Of a stretch of DNA of 64,000 nt, positions 48,124-61,805 are shown piece by piece (position 1 is the stretch's first letter; each line of letters opens with the position of its first letter). A program made the position numbers and the translations under genes. The notes under the pieces are model-generated. The model was not told the origin of the DNA, searched no databases, and saw only the letters and a list, made by a program, of their open reading frames with translations. The DNA comes from Phyllosticta citribraziliensis (Eukaryota). Where the stretch lies: assembly GCF_038025025.1 (NCBI RefSeq), contig NW_027117340.1, positions 434,001 through 498,000 of the forward strand, read 5' to 3'.

Positions 48124-49245
48124 TCATAGGGTGCCCAAGCCCATCATACCTACCCCGTTGTAGCTCACCTTGCCATTCCCATCCATCTTCATCCACAAAC
48201 ATGAGCTACTCCGCTGTTGCTCACCACCTTCCTTGAGCACCTCCTTCGCGCTCAGCGCATCGAACCAGCGGGACTTGGGACTGCTCGACGATGACGATGG
48301 AGGCGAAGAGGCTAGGAGCAGTCGCTCCTTGGCCTCCTTATCCTCTGGCGGCGCGCTGCCAAACAGCGCCGACGAGCGCTTGCCACCACCTCCAAACACG
48401 GACGACAGGCGCGGGCTACTACGCGAAGCCCTGGGGTTCGAGCGTAGTTGATGCTGTAGGTCGCCTTGCTTCGTCTCCGGCACGTTAGGCGGCGGTGGTG
48501 GCAGCGGCTTCGCGAGATCCGGATCGAGGAATGTGTCGCGCGGATTGACACGCGAAGAGCGCGAGAAGAAGGACGCGCGGCTGTTTCCGGGTCCTCCTCG
48601 AGATTCCGAGGCTGGAATGGGAGGCAGCGGCGGGAGCCCGACGTCTTCCTCGTGACGCACGCCCCCGAGAAAGGCATTGAGGTCGAGCGATTGCACCCAC
48701 GTGGAGCGGCGAGATGCTTTTTTCTCGTCTTCGTCCTTTTCGACCAATGAGTCTTTTGGGGCGCGAGGCCGGGGCCGTGGTCGGACGTGCGTAAGACTTG
48801 TTGTCGACTCGGACGCTTTTTGGCGGAGCGGAGTGCGATCAACATTCGCAAGGGAGGATTTGGGGCGCGAACGGACAGCGGCTGGAGTAGATGTTGAACG
48901 GCGTGTTTGTTTCTTCTTCTTTTTCTTCGCCTTGGCTTGACTCGCGCGAGCTTCAGAACTGTCTTTTGGAGGCGGGATGGGTGGTGTCTTATTCTTGGTC
49001 GACGGAAGAGAGCGGCTTGGAGCTGTCGGCGAGGGCGCCGATGGGATCAGATCAAGAGAGTCGACATATTCCGTGCTGAGGTGGCCCATGGGAGTGCTGC
49101 TGTTTGATGCCTGGCAGGCGAGGCATCGGGGCGGCTTGATGTACTCGTTGGAAAAGCCGTAGGATACAGGTGAAAGGGCCGTGTAGAGACGAAGGCGGAC
49201 GGCGTTGCGTCGCCGTTGGCAGGTGTGGTCGAGCATCGTAGGCAT
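48124..49245 (-). CDS. Hypothetical low-complexity protein; may splice at ~48168 into a downstream exon (~47793-48080)
   Basis: 373-codon Pro/Ser/Lys-rich ORF with a GTGAGC donor near its 3' end. No recognisable domain. Confidence 0.45.
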   Translation of the reverse strand: MPTMLDHTCQRRRNAVRLRLYTALSPVSYGFSNEYIKPPRCLACQASNSSTPMGHLSTEYVDSLDLIPSAPSPTAPSRSLPSTKNKTPPIPPPKDSSEARASQAKAKKKKKKQTRRSTSTPAAVRSRPKSSLANVDRTPLRQKASESTTSLTHVRPRPRPRAPKDSLVEKDEDEKKASRRSTWVQSLDLNAFLGGVRHEEDVGLPPLPPIPASESRGGPGNSRASFFSRSSRVNPRDTFLDPDLAKPLPPPPPNVPETKQGDLQHQLRSNPRASRSSPRLSSVFGGGGKRSSALFGSAPPEDKEAKERLLLASSPPSSSSSSPKSRWFDALSAKEVLKEGGEQQRSSSCLWMKMDGNGKVSYNGVGMMGLGTL

Positions 49246-50474
49246 ACAACTACGAAGCCAAAAAAGGATATTGATGTCTCAACCTTTTGCTGGGCACCAG
49301 CTCGACAGTGTGCAGCAGTGGGACTCGTTGTCCCACCGAGTTGGGGAGGCGTCTGTGGTGAAGTCTGTTCAGGGGAAAGAGCCTACCTATATCAGACGTA
49401 GAGGCTTTGATCTTGGGTTTTCCGGGATACCCACAACCTCAGGGTTGTAGGCGCCGTTGTGCTCCCTCGATAGTAATTAGGCGGCATCCAGCATGCTTAA
49501 CAGGGAAACAAGATGAGCAACGGCACCGAGCGCGGGGATGCTCCCAGAGAGCAGCGGGAGAGCCCCATGAGAACACGCGAGCGAGGCGAAGCTCAGCCCG
49601 AATCGGGCCAAGAATGATCAAGTCCAGACATGGAGGGAACAAGGTACGTGTGCTCTTCGCTCAGACAAAGCGAAAGCAAAGCCGAAGGTTAGGGTTCAGT
49701 CGGAGAGGGTCCTTGCAGTTTCATTATGATTTTTTTTTGAATATGGAAACAAATACGACGAGCCGAGGCTTGACACGATCCGCATGCGGAAAATTGTAGA
49801 GGGTCGCCCTAAGAATTCAGTGGGTAGGTAACCCGACGGAGTTTGCCCTGATGATCACTCCGTCAGCGCTTCTCTAGATCACGGCCAGTCCACGTCGACG
49901 TCGATCATTGAGATGTGTTTAACAAAGATGTTAGCCTGTAGAGGCACGTTGTCCGCTGATCCGAACATCAGAGGAGGGATTGCATGCCATAATGAAGTCG
50001 AGCGTGTTTGGCGGATGGCTGTGTCCTGCGTTCAGCCGACAGGGAAAGATGGTGGCCGGAGCGTGCAGCAGTAGGTCCGTGAGCTGTCTTGCTCGTGCCG
50101 CAGTGCGACAGGTCGTCATCGCAAGTCCTCGTCCAAGCTGTTGCAATCGGTCAAGACGGTGGAGGGAGTGTCGGCGAGGTTGCAGCTGTGCCTGAGGTGG
50201 ACCAAAACGCGCCGGTCCCTTCGAATGACGTGTTACGATACGGTACGCGATCCAAGTGCTTACCAAACCCCAGCCCGGCCAGCTCTGGCGCAACACTTTC
50301 AACCTCACCACTACTCTCCAAAACATCCAATGGACCCTTGGACTGCCTCGGATTTTCCACACCTGGCTGCTCCCATCATCCTCCACACGTCCTGTTCTCA
50401 CCGAGTCTTCCCTGACAACTTGACGTTCGCCCGCTACATCCGGACATAGCTCAACACCAAGACTCATCGCCGTC

Positions 50475-51705
50475 ATGCCTGCCAACGACAATCTCGACCC
50501 GCGCGCCCTGGCCTTGCCCACAGAGGAGCCTCCCGAGAACCATCGTCGCAACCCTGAATGGCGCCGCCGTTCATCCTCCCTCGCTACTGGATCTTTGTCG
50601 TTGTCCAGCAATGACCGCCGTCGCTCGAGATTGTCCCGAATGCGCACCGGCGCTACCAAGCTACAAAGAACTGGCCTGAAGCTATACGAGCGGTTAACAA
50701 CGCTCCAAAAAATCTTGCTTGTGTTGGGCGGCTTGACCGCAGGAGTCCTCGGCATCCTCTTCCTCGTGTACAACGAGCACATTTTCAAATACTGGCTAGC
50801 GCCTGTGGCTCGGAAATGGCGGGATATACCTGCTGGCTGGCTGATTTTGTGGTCCATGACCTTCATGGTCAGCTTCCCGCCGCTGATAGGTTATTCAACC
50901 TGCGTGACGCTGGCGGGCTTTGTCTATGGTTTCCCGTATGGGTGCGTTGCGCCTCTCCCTTGTGTCCAACGCTTTCCAGATCTGTCGAATTGATACGTGA
51001 TCTTACAGCTGGTTCATCGTGGCCTCGGCAACAATCGTCGGCAGCACCGCCGGTTTTCTCGCGACTCGGATGGTCCTACACCGCTACGTTACCAAGATGA
51101 TAGCAAACGACCCACGCTTCGCGGCTCTCGCCCTAACGCTCAAGCATGATGGCCTCAAACTGCTCATCATGATTCGCCTGTGCCCCCTACCCTACTCGCT
51201 CTCGAACGGCGCCATAGCCACCTTTCCCACAGTACACTGGGGCGCGTTCATGGCCGCAGGTGCCATCGCATCTCCCAAGCTTCTCCTACACGTCTTTGTT
51301 GGCGCCAAGATTGGCGAGCTAGCAGAAAAAGGCGAGGAAATGGACACCAAGACCAAGATGATTTCCTACATCAGCATAGCAATTGGCTTGATTGCGGGAT
51401 TCCTTACTGGCTGGATCATGTACCGTCAGACAAAGAAGCGGGCCGCCGAGTTGGAGGCACAGGAAAGGGACGGCGCACGGAGAAGGAGCTTCGACCAGAT
51501 TGCACGGGAATACGCCGACGATCCGGAAGCTGGGCTTGCGACGGAGATTCTCAGAGAAGAGGACGACGACATCAGTCTTCGGGAAGATGTCGCAGACCTA
51601 GGCAACTACAGGGACGAGAGCGGCAGCAGCGATGACATGGACGACGCGAGAGAGTTTGACGTATTCGACGCTGGGGATGACACGGATGCAGAGGCGCGAA
51701 AGTGA
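50475..51705 (+). CDS. TVP38: Tvp38/TMEM64 (SNARE-associated Golgi, DedA/VTT family) membrane protein; one intron
   Basis: SFPPLIGYS, LAGFVYGFPYGW, GLKLLIMIRLCPLPYSLSN, SPKLLLHVFVG. Confidence 0.9.
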
Positions 51706-52061
51706 AATCATTAGATCGCACAATCCTCACGGTATCACTCACGACTGCATCGCGGCCGGCGACTTGGGATGGCGCTGTCAGAGCGTTGACGCTTTCTTGG
51801 TAGGTCAAAAGCAGATCTTTCAGACTTGGGTACTTTTTCGTGGTGTCTGTTTCTTGGGTAAAACCATGTCCTTAGAGCACATCCGTAGACATGTTCAGAG
51901 CGTAACCAAAATGCGTCACCAATAGGACAATATGAATTCATGCTCCATAAGCAGTATTTGTATAACAATGCTTCAAAAATAGCCGCAACCAGGGTATCAA
52001 GATTCGTCCTTTCTCAACTCCATGACCACAGCAAACGCAACCAATATTCCTGGCACTGCCT

Positions 52062-52513
52062 TCACAGCCCCCTCATGGCGGCGTCCACCAAGCCCCTCGC
52101 CTCACTTAGTTCCGCCATCTTCCCCGCGGCGCCGCCCTCGCCCTTGAACAATTCATGCAACGCAATCAAGTCCTTTGCCCTTGTCAGGTCTGCATCATCA
52201 TCCAACGCTGCGCTTGTGTTGGCTCCTGCTGTATCGCCTTGCTGCTGCTGCGATCTCGAAATTGCATCTGACGGCTTTGTCACGGCGGCGATTGACGGCG
52301 CTGGGAATGGGTACGTCGTTGTTGTGGAGGCGGAGACGAGGGCGAGGGCGGCGGGTGCATCCTATCTCGCGCGCGGACTGTCAGTCAATTCCTTGTCGAT
52401 TTCAGGTCGGTGGGTAGTCAATATGCAAGGTGGCATGCATTCCGTGCAGGAGAGGAGAGACCGACGCAGACGCGGAGCGTGTCGAGGTCGGACAGAATTT
52501 CAGCAATTTGCAT
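52062..52513 (-). CDS. Small fungal hypothetical protein, two exons
   Basis: MQIAEILSDLDTLRVC, an intron, then DAPAALALVSA...DDDADLTRAKDLIALHELFK...LSEARGLVDAAMRGL. It resembles a small ascomycete protein family, recalled from memory and not verified. Confidence 0.6.
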
Positions 52514-53187
52514 TGTCGCTGAAGGACTTGGAGTCAGGATCAAAAGGCGAGGGTACGCTTCGCGGGGATTATGGAACAGTGCTCAGAGCTTGAGGTGGTC
52601 GGTTTAAGGTTGTGTTGAAGCTTGGGTCGTGGTCCGTTGGTCAGGTTCCGGGCTGTCTGGCGCTGTCGTCATGGCAGGGTCCGTGCACGCTTGCTTAGGT
52701 TGCTTGCTACTTCTGTCGTTCACCGGCTACATCTGGTTTCGTGAACTTCCGTCAATTCTGGATGAACGACTTCCTCTATGCTTTCCGTGCCATCGATGTG
52801 AGCATGACCAGATATGCGACTGCGGGAACATGAAGAACCACGCGACAGTCTATCCTGCCTGCAACTACAAGGCCTGCATCTCGAGCTGAGATGCTTACAC
52901 AAGGCTGTCGATATTGGCCCCTAGATGAGTCTCGGCGCTTACCTATGCTGCGTGTCTGTTCGACGACTCTTCGCAGTACCTGAACATCAAACCATCAGTT
53001 GCCCGCTGGTCACTGACGAGTATACATGTACCTTTACATGGCAGACTTCGATCCAGAAGATGCGCCCCGAGCGTACACATATCGCTGGACCAGGTACTGC
53101 ACACTGTGCATGGGCAACATCGCGCCTTTTCCAGAGCGTGTCAGAGCCGGTATGTTGCCCGTGGAGTCGTCCAGCCGAAGCTGACTC

Positions 53188-55183
53188 TTGTCAGTTGTGG
53201 AGGACACGCACCGAGTCTCGCCGGTCTTCAAGGCCAAGAGGTTGGGAACAAAATTGTGTGGTCGCGTAATTTACGAACTGCCACCAGCAGAAGTGTACCT
53301 CGACTGTAAGAATGCTTTCTTGGTCCACGAATCCTGCCACGCAATCATCTGTGCTGTTGTTGGTTCTGGTCGCCGTTGGGTTCCCGGAGGCCTGCTGTGG
53401 AGGCTTGGAATCTCACTACAACCCATCTTTACATCGCCGCCCGGCCGCAGACAGGGCATGACAAGGGCATCGTTCGAGGACTCTCTCATCCAATACTGTC
53501 GCTCCCCTTCCACTGCACCTGATGAGACAGGAATCAACAGATATCTGCATCATCTCCCGAGGGAGGTTGTCTTGAAAGTTGCTCAGTACACCTCACAAGG
53601 CTACTACCAGCAATGCCTGGTCAATAAGATACAAGTCAAACGACTTCTCGACAGTCTTTACTCCTTGGACACCTCCAACCGAATCGAAGTTCTTGATTTT
53701 ACAAAAGAAATCCATGTCACGCGCGTCGACGTGGGCGGCTCTTCCTACATCTCTGGATTCTACGACGCCAAAGTGCCGGGTTCAGAGGTGCTGCGATCCC
53801 ACGCTAAACAGAAGATTGTCTTCGTCTGGGACGACTTTGGACTGCTCAGAATAGAACCATTGGCAGACATGAGTATCAAAGCAATGCCACGAAAGTTGCT
53901 GTGGTACCAGGTAGCTGAGAATGCCCAGAATACCACTTTTCAAGTCGTGTACAAGGTGAACTACACCTCCTTTACCTTTCAAAGATGATATTAAAGTAGA
54001 CAAGGAACTAATGGTCGCTTCCATCACGGACGCCGGCCCTTCAAAAGCATGGTGCACGTTGTGGGATACTCCCTACCCTCCACAGCCAACAGACCTCCGC
54101 TTCTTCGTCGATCGCGACAAGTTTCCCAACTACCAATCGCGTGTTCCCATGAGGACGGTGGATCTTCGACACAATCCCATAGGACTGATGGTGACTTTTT
54201 CTCCCACTCACCGCCGGCTGAATGGAATTGAAGCAATACATTCAATGGACCGGACCCCACGCATACTGGCTGATGCCGAGGGTGCCCCGTCGGTTTGCAA
54301 CTTTGCCCCCCTGAATGAGGGCGAGTCGATCACGTCTATGTGGATGCTAGAAAAGCACGAAGTCTGGACGGAATACGGTGAACCATTGATTGTGGTACGT
54401 GCACTACTCGATTCTCTGCCCATACATGCCAACGTGCTCAACTGAACCCATCGTCGTCAGATTCAAACGAGTCGAGGCCGACAGGTCTTCCTCGGCCACT
54501 ACGTGCCGCCTGAAGACCGGAGCAGCTATCGATTCTCGCCACTCGTCGTGGCCGAGGGTGACGCAGTGGTCACGTCGATAGTTTACCGCGACTTGGGTCA
54601 CCGCGCTCCGAGCGTTGGCCTGCCTTTTGAAATCGCAGCGACGTGCAGCAGCAAACGACCGGAGCGGCAAGAAAAACACACCCATCGCATCCTGAACCGT
54701 CGACCCCAAACCGACCCAGCTTGGCCCGACTTGATCGAGCCACCTCTTACCAGCGTCCACCATTCGGAGAGCCCGCACACCATGACCACCGCCTCGCTCG
54801 ACAACGTCGTCAGCGTCGAGACTTTCACGCTCTGCCCGCCCTGGCAGACCGCACACGTCCACCTCGGCGCCCTCCTGCACTACGCCGACGGCACCGCGGC
54901 CGCCGTCGGCGAGTGCCGCGTCGGGCAGGCCGAGCGCCGCGTCGCAGCGTCGCCGCCGCCCACGCACGTCTATTGGTGGGAGAGCGAGGCCCACTACACG
55001 CGTGACGCCGCCCTCAGCAGGACTCCGCCGACGGGGCCCAGAACCAGAACTGCCGGAGGCATCTACTTCACGACGCGGGCCGCGCCGCCTTTTCCCGGCG
55101 TGGGGTGGACGGGCCGCGAGATGAGGGGCCGCCGCATTTGCTGGACGTGCGATTGCGACGGCTCGCGCGTCTGGATTGTGTGA
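53188..55183 (+). CDS. Hypothetical protein with a degenerate F-box-like motif, multi-exon; 5' end unresolved
   Basis: Three consecutive plus-strand ORFs separated by intron-like gaps. Motif LHHLPREVVLKVAQY and C-terminal ASLDNVVSV...LGALLHYADG...VGECR. Confidence 0.55.
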
Positions 55184-55730
55184 GCGAGTGGGGATTGGAA
55201 GGCTTGAGGCTGGCTCTTTGCGGTGGGCTAGAGTGAGTGAGTGAGTGAGTGAGGTACGTGCGTATACTACTACTACCACCACCTGTCGATCCATCGAACG
55301 AAGCAAGTAGTAGTAGCAGCTCGTGGCCACAGACGGCAAACCCCCCGTTGCCTGCTGGCTGGCTGCCGATGCCCCCATGTAAATGAAGACCTTTAAATCC
55401 CATCCCATCCCCCCTGAACCAGCACCCGGCGCGCCGTGAGAGTGAGCCAAGCACCTAGTATCAGCGCGTCAACACTTTGCATGGGCAATGATATGGCCAC
55501 AGATTGCCTTCATCTAAGCTTGGTCTATGAGCGGTGCCACAGTGCTTGGTACAGACGATGCGATGCGTCCGGAGAATATACCAAGTGAAAAGTCTAGGCT
55601 CCGTTGACCAGGTAGTTGCTGCCAAAGAGAAAAGGCTGGGTGCAACTGCCGACGGCGTCGTGATCGCGCCGTCTGCTACCAACCCACACGATAGATGGAG
55701 CGGAGAAGAAGACAAACAAACGTCCCAACT

Positions 55731-55769
<39 letters not shown>

Positions 55770-55770
55770 G
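55731..55770. repeat. (GCC)n trinucleotide microsatellite, ~12-13 units
   Basis: Direct reading of the sequence. Confidence 0.9.
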
Positions 55771-57155
55771 CTGCCGAGACCAAGTCTACGAAATCCACTG
55801 AAAACCAGACTTTTCGCCTCATCGCTAAATAGGAGAAGACGTTCAGATCACAGCACATAAAAGAAAGACACGGGATCATATGCCACATGCCACATGTCCT
55901 TCTCCTACCTTCTCGTTGGCCACCATTCTTCAACAGCACCAGCACCAGCACCACATCACAAACGCAGCAAAGCCGCAAAAGGTGAAAAGGAAATTTTTTG
56001 GGTTCTATCCATCTGATCAGACTCTGTTAACTGCACTTGGGGGCCCATGTATCTCCACGGCTACCGCCGCCGCTTTTCCATCCACCACCTCCACCACTTC
56101 CCACCATCCGTCAACCAGGCAGGCCCCGAGTGCAAATTGCTTTGACAAGAAAAAGAAAAGGGTGAAAAAAAGAGAAGGAGAAAAAGGAGAAAAAGCATGC
56201 GGGTCTAAGCTCTCCGCTATCAATCAAACTGTAAAGGTGTAAAGTGGGCAGGGGGGAAGGGTTAATGTATGTTGATTGAATGGTCGTGTAAAGCAAGGTA
56301 GGGGCAGGCAGGTAGGCGCGAGATAGCCTCCTGGCGAGACGAGAGACCTGAACAGACTAAAGTCAGTCCGAAGGAGCCGGGGAGTCCAAGCAAGAGGCAG
56401 TGCCCCCGCTGTGGCCTGGCTCCGTCCAGCCCCTCATCGCATGCTGACGGTCCAGCAGAAAATCTGCCATGTCGCAGCAGGCAGGAAAATCCGTGCCACT
56501 AGACAATTTGCCCGCCGCTGTGGTGCTGTTGCGCTGTACAGCTAGGCCGACTGTATGTACTAAGCAAAAGAAGGAAAAAGACCGTGAGCAGAAGAGGACA
56601 AATGACGCGCGGGTTGGGTATAAAAAGGAATGTGAGTCCGCCGTTCCTATCCAAAGCGCAGTGGCAAGACGCTTTGTGAAAAGAGCCGTCAGCGCTGATA
56701 GGCCGAGAGGGCAGTGGCAGTAGTGGAGCAAAACAGAGCAGGAAGAGAAAATCTCAGTGGGACCGCCCATTTTCGCCTTGCTCGCTCGTACGTCAAAATG
56801 ACCGCCCCGTTGAACTTGAAACGCCAGAAAGGCAGTGGGGGAATTGGTGATGCAGAGGTATTGAGACCATAAGAGAAAAAGAGTCAGGGTATGCAATTTT
56901 TGTAGTGACCATCGCCGCTACACCGCAACTCCAGTGCCGGAACAAGAAGAAATCCGCGCGGTAGCTTCAATTTTGAGAGGCGAAGGATGCCCTCTTTGTA
57001 ACGTAGACGTGTCGCTCGTTCGATGTATCGTGTTTGTTCGTGTGATTTGCAAACTGGTAACTGCAGTGCGCAGATTTCAGTCTATCCAATTTTGGTCGCC
57101 GCGGAGGAAGCGTTCGTCATCCAATCAGTGATGTGGTTGCATTTGGAAGAGCGAT

Positions 57156-60100
57156 TCAATCGCTGCTGTCGCTCCTGCGCAAGACGCGGCGTACAGTGCC
57201 ACCTACTCCCTCGACATCGCTGTTCTCGGTGCTGCTCAGTGCAGTGGAGCTCACTTCAGTGACGCTACCATTGCGAGTCCGACGGCCCGCACGGCGAGCT
57301 TGAGCTTGAGAACCACGAGCCTTGAGATGGCGGCGCAAAGTCTTGAGGTGCAAGACGTGATCGCGGGCGGCCTTGGTGCCTTCGTTCGTCAAGAGGCGCG
57401 CGTCAGCATTGTTGTCCAGCGCTCCAGGGTGAGGTGGAACCGGGCGCGCAATCCGGAGTGGGATGCGCTGTCCTTCCTGAGAAAGCTGGTTCAGCTGCGT
57501 CGAGAAACTCGCCACGCTGCGTGGGGAGTATGCCGCTACAGAGGCTGCAGCAGACGTGCGAGGCGTAGTGAGCGTGGTGATGTGGCCCTCGGGGCCCGCC
57601 ATGGCGGTCTCGGGAGACGCGAAGACGCTGCTTGAGAATGAGCCATTGGTCGAGGGAGGAGTATTGGACAGCGCGTCCTGGTAACGCCAAGTTGAGCGGC
57701 ACTCGGGGTCAAACGACCGCAGACTCTCACTCCGATTCAAAGGATGGCGATAGCCTTTGATGGTCTCTTCGTCAGTGCCACGAGAGACGTCGGGCATGGA
57801 GTTGGACATGGCGCTTGTAAATCCGGAAAATGAGCCCTCATTGCTGGTCTGACTGTCGACACTCTTTTCCTGGCTCATCCTGGATTTCCTCCTGGTATTG
57901 ATTGCGCGCTGCAAAATCTGACCATGCGAGTCCCGCGCAGCAGAAGACTTTCTGGAGCTAATAGAGACGCGGCGCTGGTCCTCGCGTTCAGACACGACGG
58001 GTCCGTGGTCCGAGGCATAGCCCTGGGCTTTGCCCTCTTCCTGATCCTGCGGAGTGAGAAGTCCAGAGACACGCTTGTGAGGCTCGGATTGAGACTGCCG
58101 ATGATACGACGTCCTGTGGGCTCCCTTTGAGAGGGTTGCCTGCTCCTCAAGATCAAACGGGTTGCCGGTAGTCATGTCGAAGTCGGCGCTCGGTGTCAAC
58201 GAATCAGCCACCGATTCGGGCACGGAGCCAGCCGTTGGAGGGCGAGGGACAAAGTTGACATCGGCGAAGTCGAGGTCAATCATGGAGGATCGCTCCGGGG
58301 AGCCCGGCGCGGAATAAGCCAGGCGCATGTCATCGTATTGTCCAACCGGTTGAGTAGCCGCATGGCGAAGTGGAGGGCGGTAGTTGGATCCAATGTCAGG
58401 AGACGGATCCAGTGCTTTGCGTCCAATCTCCAGCGACGGCGGAAATGAGAATCCAGGCAAGAAACTGCGCCGGTCGTCTTGACCCTCGGACTGTCCTTCA
58501 GTGAGGCCAAACTCAAAGTCCTTGGTACGTCGGTCAGACACTAGCCTGCTCGTCCTGTAGCTCTCATTGTCATCACCCGACGGGTCAGCCATGGTGGAGC
58601 TGGCAAAGGTCCAGTCCATCGTTCGACGATTTTTCGCGTCGTCAGATTCGGGAGGTGCGGAAGCGGGTGGGTCCATGAACGGAAACTTCCAGTCCTTGGT
58701 CGCCCGCTTAGAGGCTCTGTTGGGCTGAAAGGTGTACCCATCGTCATCGTCTTCAAACTCCCTCATGAGCCTGTTGATCCTGCTGGCTCTCAGAGTGGAA
58801 GCGTTGGCGAGGTCGAGGTCGAGATTTGGAGTGTACTCGAAGCCCGTCTCTGCGGCATCCAAGTCAATCATGGTGATTCTGTTGGACGCTCGATTGGGCT
58901 CCCAACTGCGGAGCGCGAGGTCTGACGCGTACGAAGAGCGATCAGGGGCACTTGATGAGCTGCCAGGCGGGTGGTCGGGCATCGGATCTTCGCCGTACTT
59001 GTAATCTGGAGCGTCCAGGTTGAAAAGTCTTTGCATGGCTTCCTCGCCACGTTTGATCTGTTGCTCCCTCATCGCCTTTTGGTAGCCCTCGAGCCTGCGG
59101 TTTCGACCTCGAGGCGCCGCGTTGCCACTTTCCATGCTCTTGCCACCAGTGCTTCCTGGACCATTGCGCAGATTGTCAACCATGGAAATGCGCTTTTCGA
59201 TTTGAAAGTCCCTCTCAAACTCGGCGGTCGTGCTGAAGACCCAGTCGTCGTCAAGGTCGCCACCAGTGTTGGTCGGGTCAAGACCTGCTGCACCTCCAGC
59301 GGCCCAGAGCGAGGAGCGATTGCCGCCCCTGTCCTGCCACTCCAAGAAGCGCTTCACGAGGCGTGAAAGTGTCCTGTTGGGATGGGTTTGCTCGGTGCCA
59401 CAGATGTAGGGGTGCTCCAGGACTTCCCGCACAGAGGGACGTTCATAAGGGCGGTCTTTCAGGATGAAAGCGACAAAGTCCTTGACCTCGCGGGAATGAT
59501 GGTTTCCTTCGAGTCGTGGGGCTTGTCTTCGCTTTGCCAAGAACTCGAGGTTCCGTCCAGCGTCGGGCGGCAAACCGTGGGCCATTTCGTATATGGTGCA
59601 TCCCAGTGCCCAGCAGTCAACCTCGGTGCCATAACCTGCTCCGACTTGGTCCTTGATGAGCTCGGGTGGCATCCAATTCGGAGTTCCGATGATGGTCGAC
59701 CTCTTGTCGACTGAGGTCTCAATCAAGCCAGACACGCCGAAATCAATCAACTGTACTCGACCCTCTTGCGAAATCATGATGTTGGCACCTGGGATGAAAA
59801 GTAAGCACGTGAATCTGCTACAGGGCATAACAAAACTCACATTTGATGTCACGGTGCAAAATGCCGGCGTCGTGGACAAACTTGAGACCAATGGCTACCT
59901 CTCGAGCGATTGGAATGATGTAATGCTCTTCAAGAGGCATTGGCTTCGAAGGGGTACCGCCCGGGGTCGCTCTCATCAAAGTGCGAACGCTGCCACCGGC
60001 GACATACTCGGTAATGAGCCATAGCTGAGAATGAAATGAAAAAGACTCGTAAAGACGGTTGACGTTCTTGGCGGCGCTGTCCTTGAGCTGTCGGAGGATC

Positions 60101-60455
60101 GAGGTCTCCTTGACCAGCTGCTTGATGGTCTCGTCCCGGTGCGCGTGGCTCGACTCTCCATAGTCAACCTTGTCGATGTCGCAGATTTTGATGGCAACAA
60201 GCTGGTTCTGCTCCCGATGTTTACTGCGAAGGAGGATTAGAATGAGAATATTGGGAAGCTGGAAGGACAAGGCGGTTACCCCTTGTAAACTCGACCAAAG
60301 GTGCCTTTGCCGATCAGCTCGAGGAAGTCATACGGCGGAGGAGCGACGCCATTGAGCTCAGCGCGGTCCTCAATGGCCTTTTGTGCTTCCTTTGCCGCCT
60401 GGGCTTGGCGGGCTCTTGCGCCATTCAGGCGAGGATTCAACAGCTCGTTGGCCAT
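57156..60455 (-). CDS. Ste20/GCK-family Ser/Thr kinase (Nak1/Kic1-like); two introns; frame is open upstream to ATG 60965
   Basis: PPYDFLELIGKGTFGRVYKG, VAIKI, EYVAGGSVRTLMRA, HRDIK-ANIM, LIDFGVSG, KRSTIIGTPNWMPPE, and a long C-terminal tail. Confidence 0.9.
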
Positions 60456-61805
60456 GTCAGCCTCGGCGCTTGTACGTCTCGAAGAGGGACGGCGGCGGGC
60501 GTTGCTGCGCGCAAGGTTGATCTTTGGGGTGGGCAATTTCCAATCAGATTCTGTTGGAGACAGTGGGGGCGATGCTTCTGTTAGCTCAGGCGCATAGCGG
60601 AAGACGGACGGAAAAGTCGCAGAGGTCGGCGGCGTATAGAGGGCGACAACGACGGGGGGAGGGGTCGACGGGGGAGGAAGACGGTCGGGGTCTCGGCGGA
60701 GGACGAGGTTCGCGGCGGAGGGGAGAGTTTCGGGGTAGGAGGAGCAAGCAGGCTTGAGATGGGTCTTGGTGGCGGGAGGCTGCTCAGGAGCGGTCAAGGA
60801 TCGCGACAGGGTCGGGGTGTTGAAGGGACCAGAGGGGCCGTCGAAATGGTCGGCTTCTGTCGAGCGTGTCAGTGGCCATGAGATGTCCTCTTTTTTTGGC
60901 GTTTGGCGGCGCCTTGTACGTTTTGGAGTTGATTTTTGTCTGGTGGAAAAGTCAAGGAAGCCCATGTTGACGTTGGTCGCCGGCGGGTCGACGACTCAGG
61001 CAGCGTCCATAGGAGGGAGGGTGGTGTTGAGAAGCAGAAGGTGCTAGGGCGTCGAGGTCGAGGTTGAGGTCAAGGTCGACGAGGTCGGCGAAAAGGGCGC
61101 GGCCATGGCAGTTGGTTGTGATGTGGTTGGTGTGATGTACTTACGCGAGAGTGAAAGTGAAAGATTGGGAAGCCACAGGATGGCAAGGCTAGCAGGCGGA
61201 CGAACAGGAACAGGGCCGTGACGTGATCTTGCGCATATTTTCGAGGCCCGGGGCAGGTGCGGTGCGGTGCGAGTGCGAGTGCGGGTGGGTGTGCAGGTGT
61301 GGAGGTCGAGGGAAGCTGCGACTGCGTCGGGGGGCGGCCTCGACGTCTCAGGCCTCAGCGACAGCGACAGCGACAGCGACGACAGCTGCAGTGTCCCGCC
61401 AGGCCGGCCGCGGGCAGAAGATGGGTCGTGTCGTGGAATGTCGCGTCGTATCGTGTCGTGTGGACCTGAGGCCCTGGGCAGGTCAGGGCTGGTACCTTGG
61501 GGGACGGAGTGCAGTGCAGGTGAGGTTGACAGCCAGTGCCGTCGAGGCTCAAAGGGAGTCGGTGGTCGGGAGTCGGTGGTCGGCAAGTAGCGGCTGGAGG
61601 CCTTGGCTGGCTGCCCATGATCGCTGCAGGGGTCCCTGTTTCGGGGGGCCATGATGTCAGCTGCCTGAGGCGAACTGCCCTGCCTCTGCTGCCCTGGAAC
61701 TGGAACTGGAACCTGAAAGACCATTCATTCTTCACTCTCTTGTTCCCTTGTTCTCCACCCCTTTCCACCTATCTACTGTACCTACTTTCTACACTCATCG
61801 CATCC

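Noticed and set aside
49835..49864. Hairpin GACGGAGT...ACTCCGTC enclosing CTGATGA (hammerhead core or box C look-alike)
   Set aside because: There is no stem II-GAAA-stem III arrangement and no convincing paired box D.
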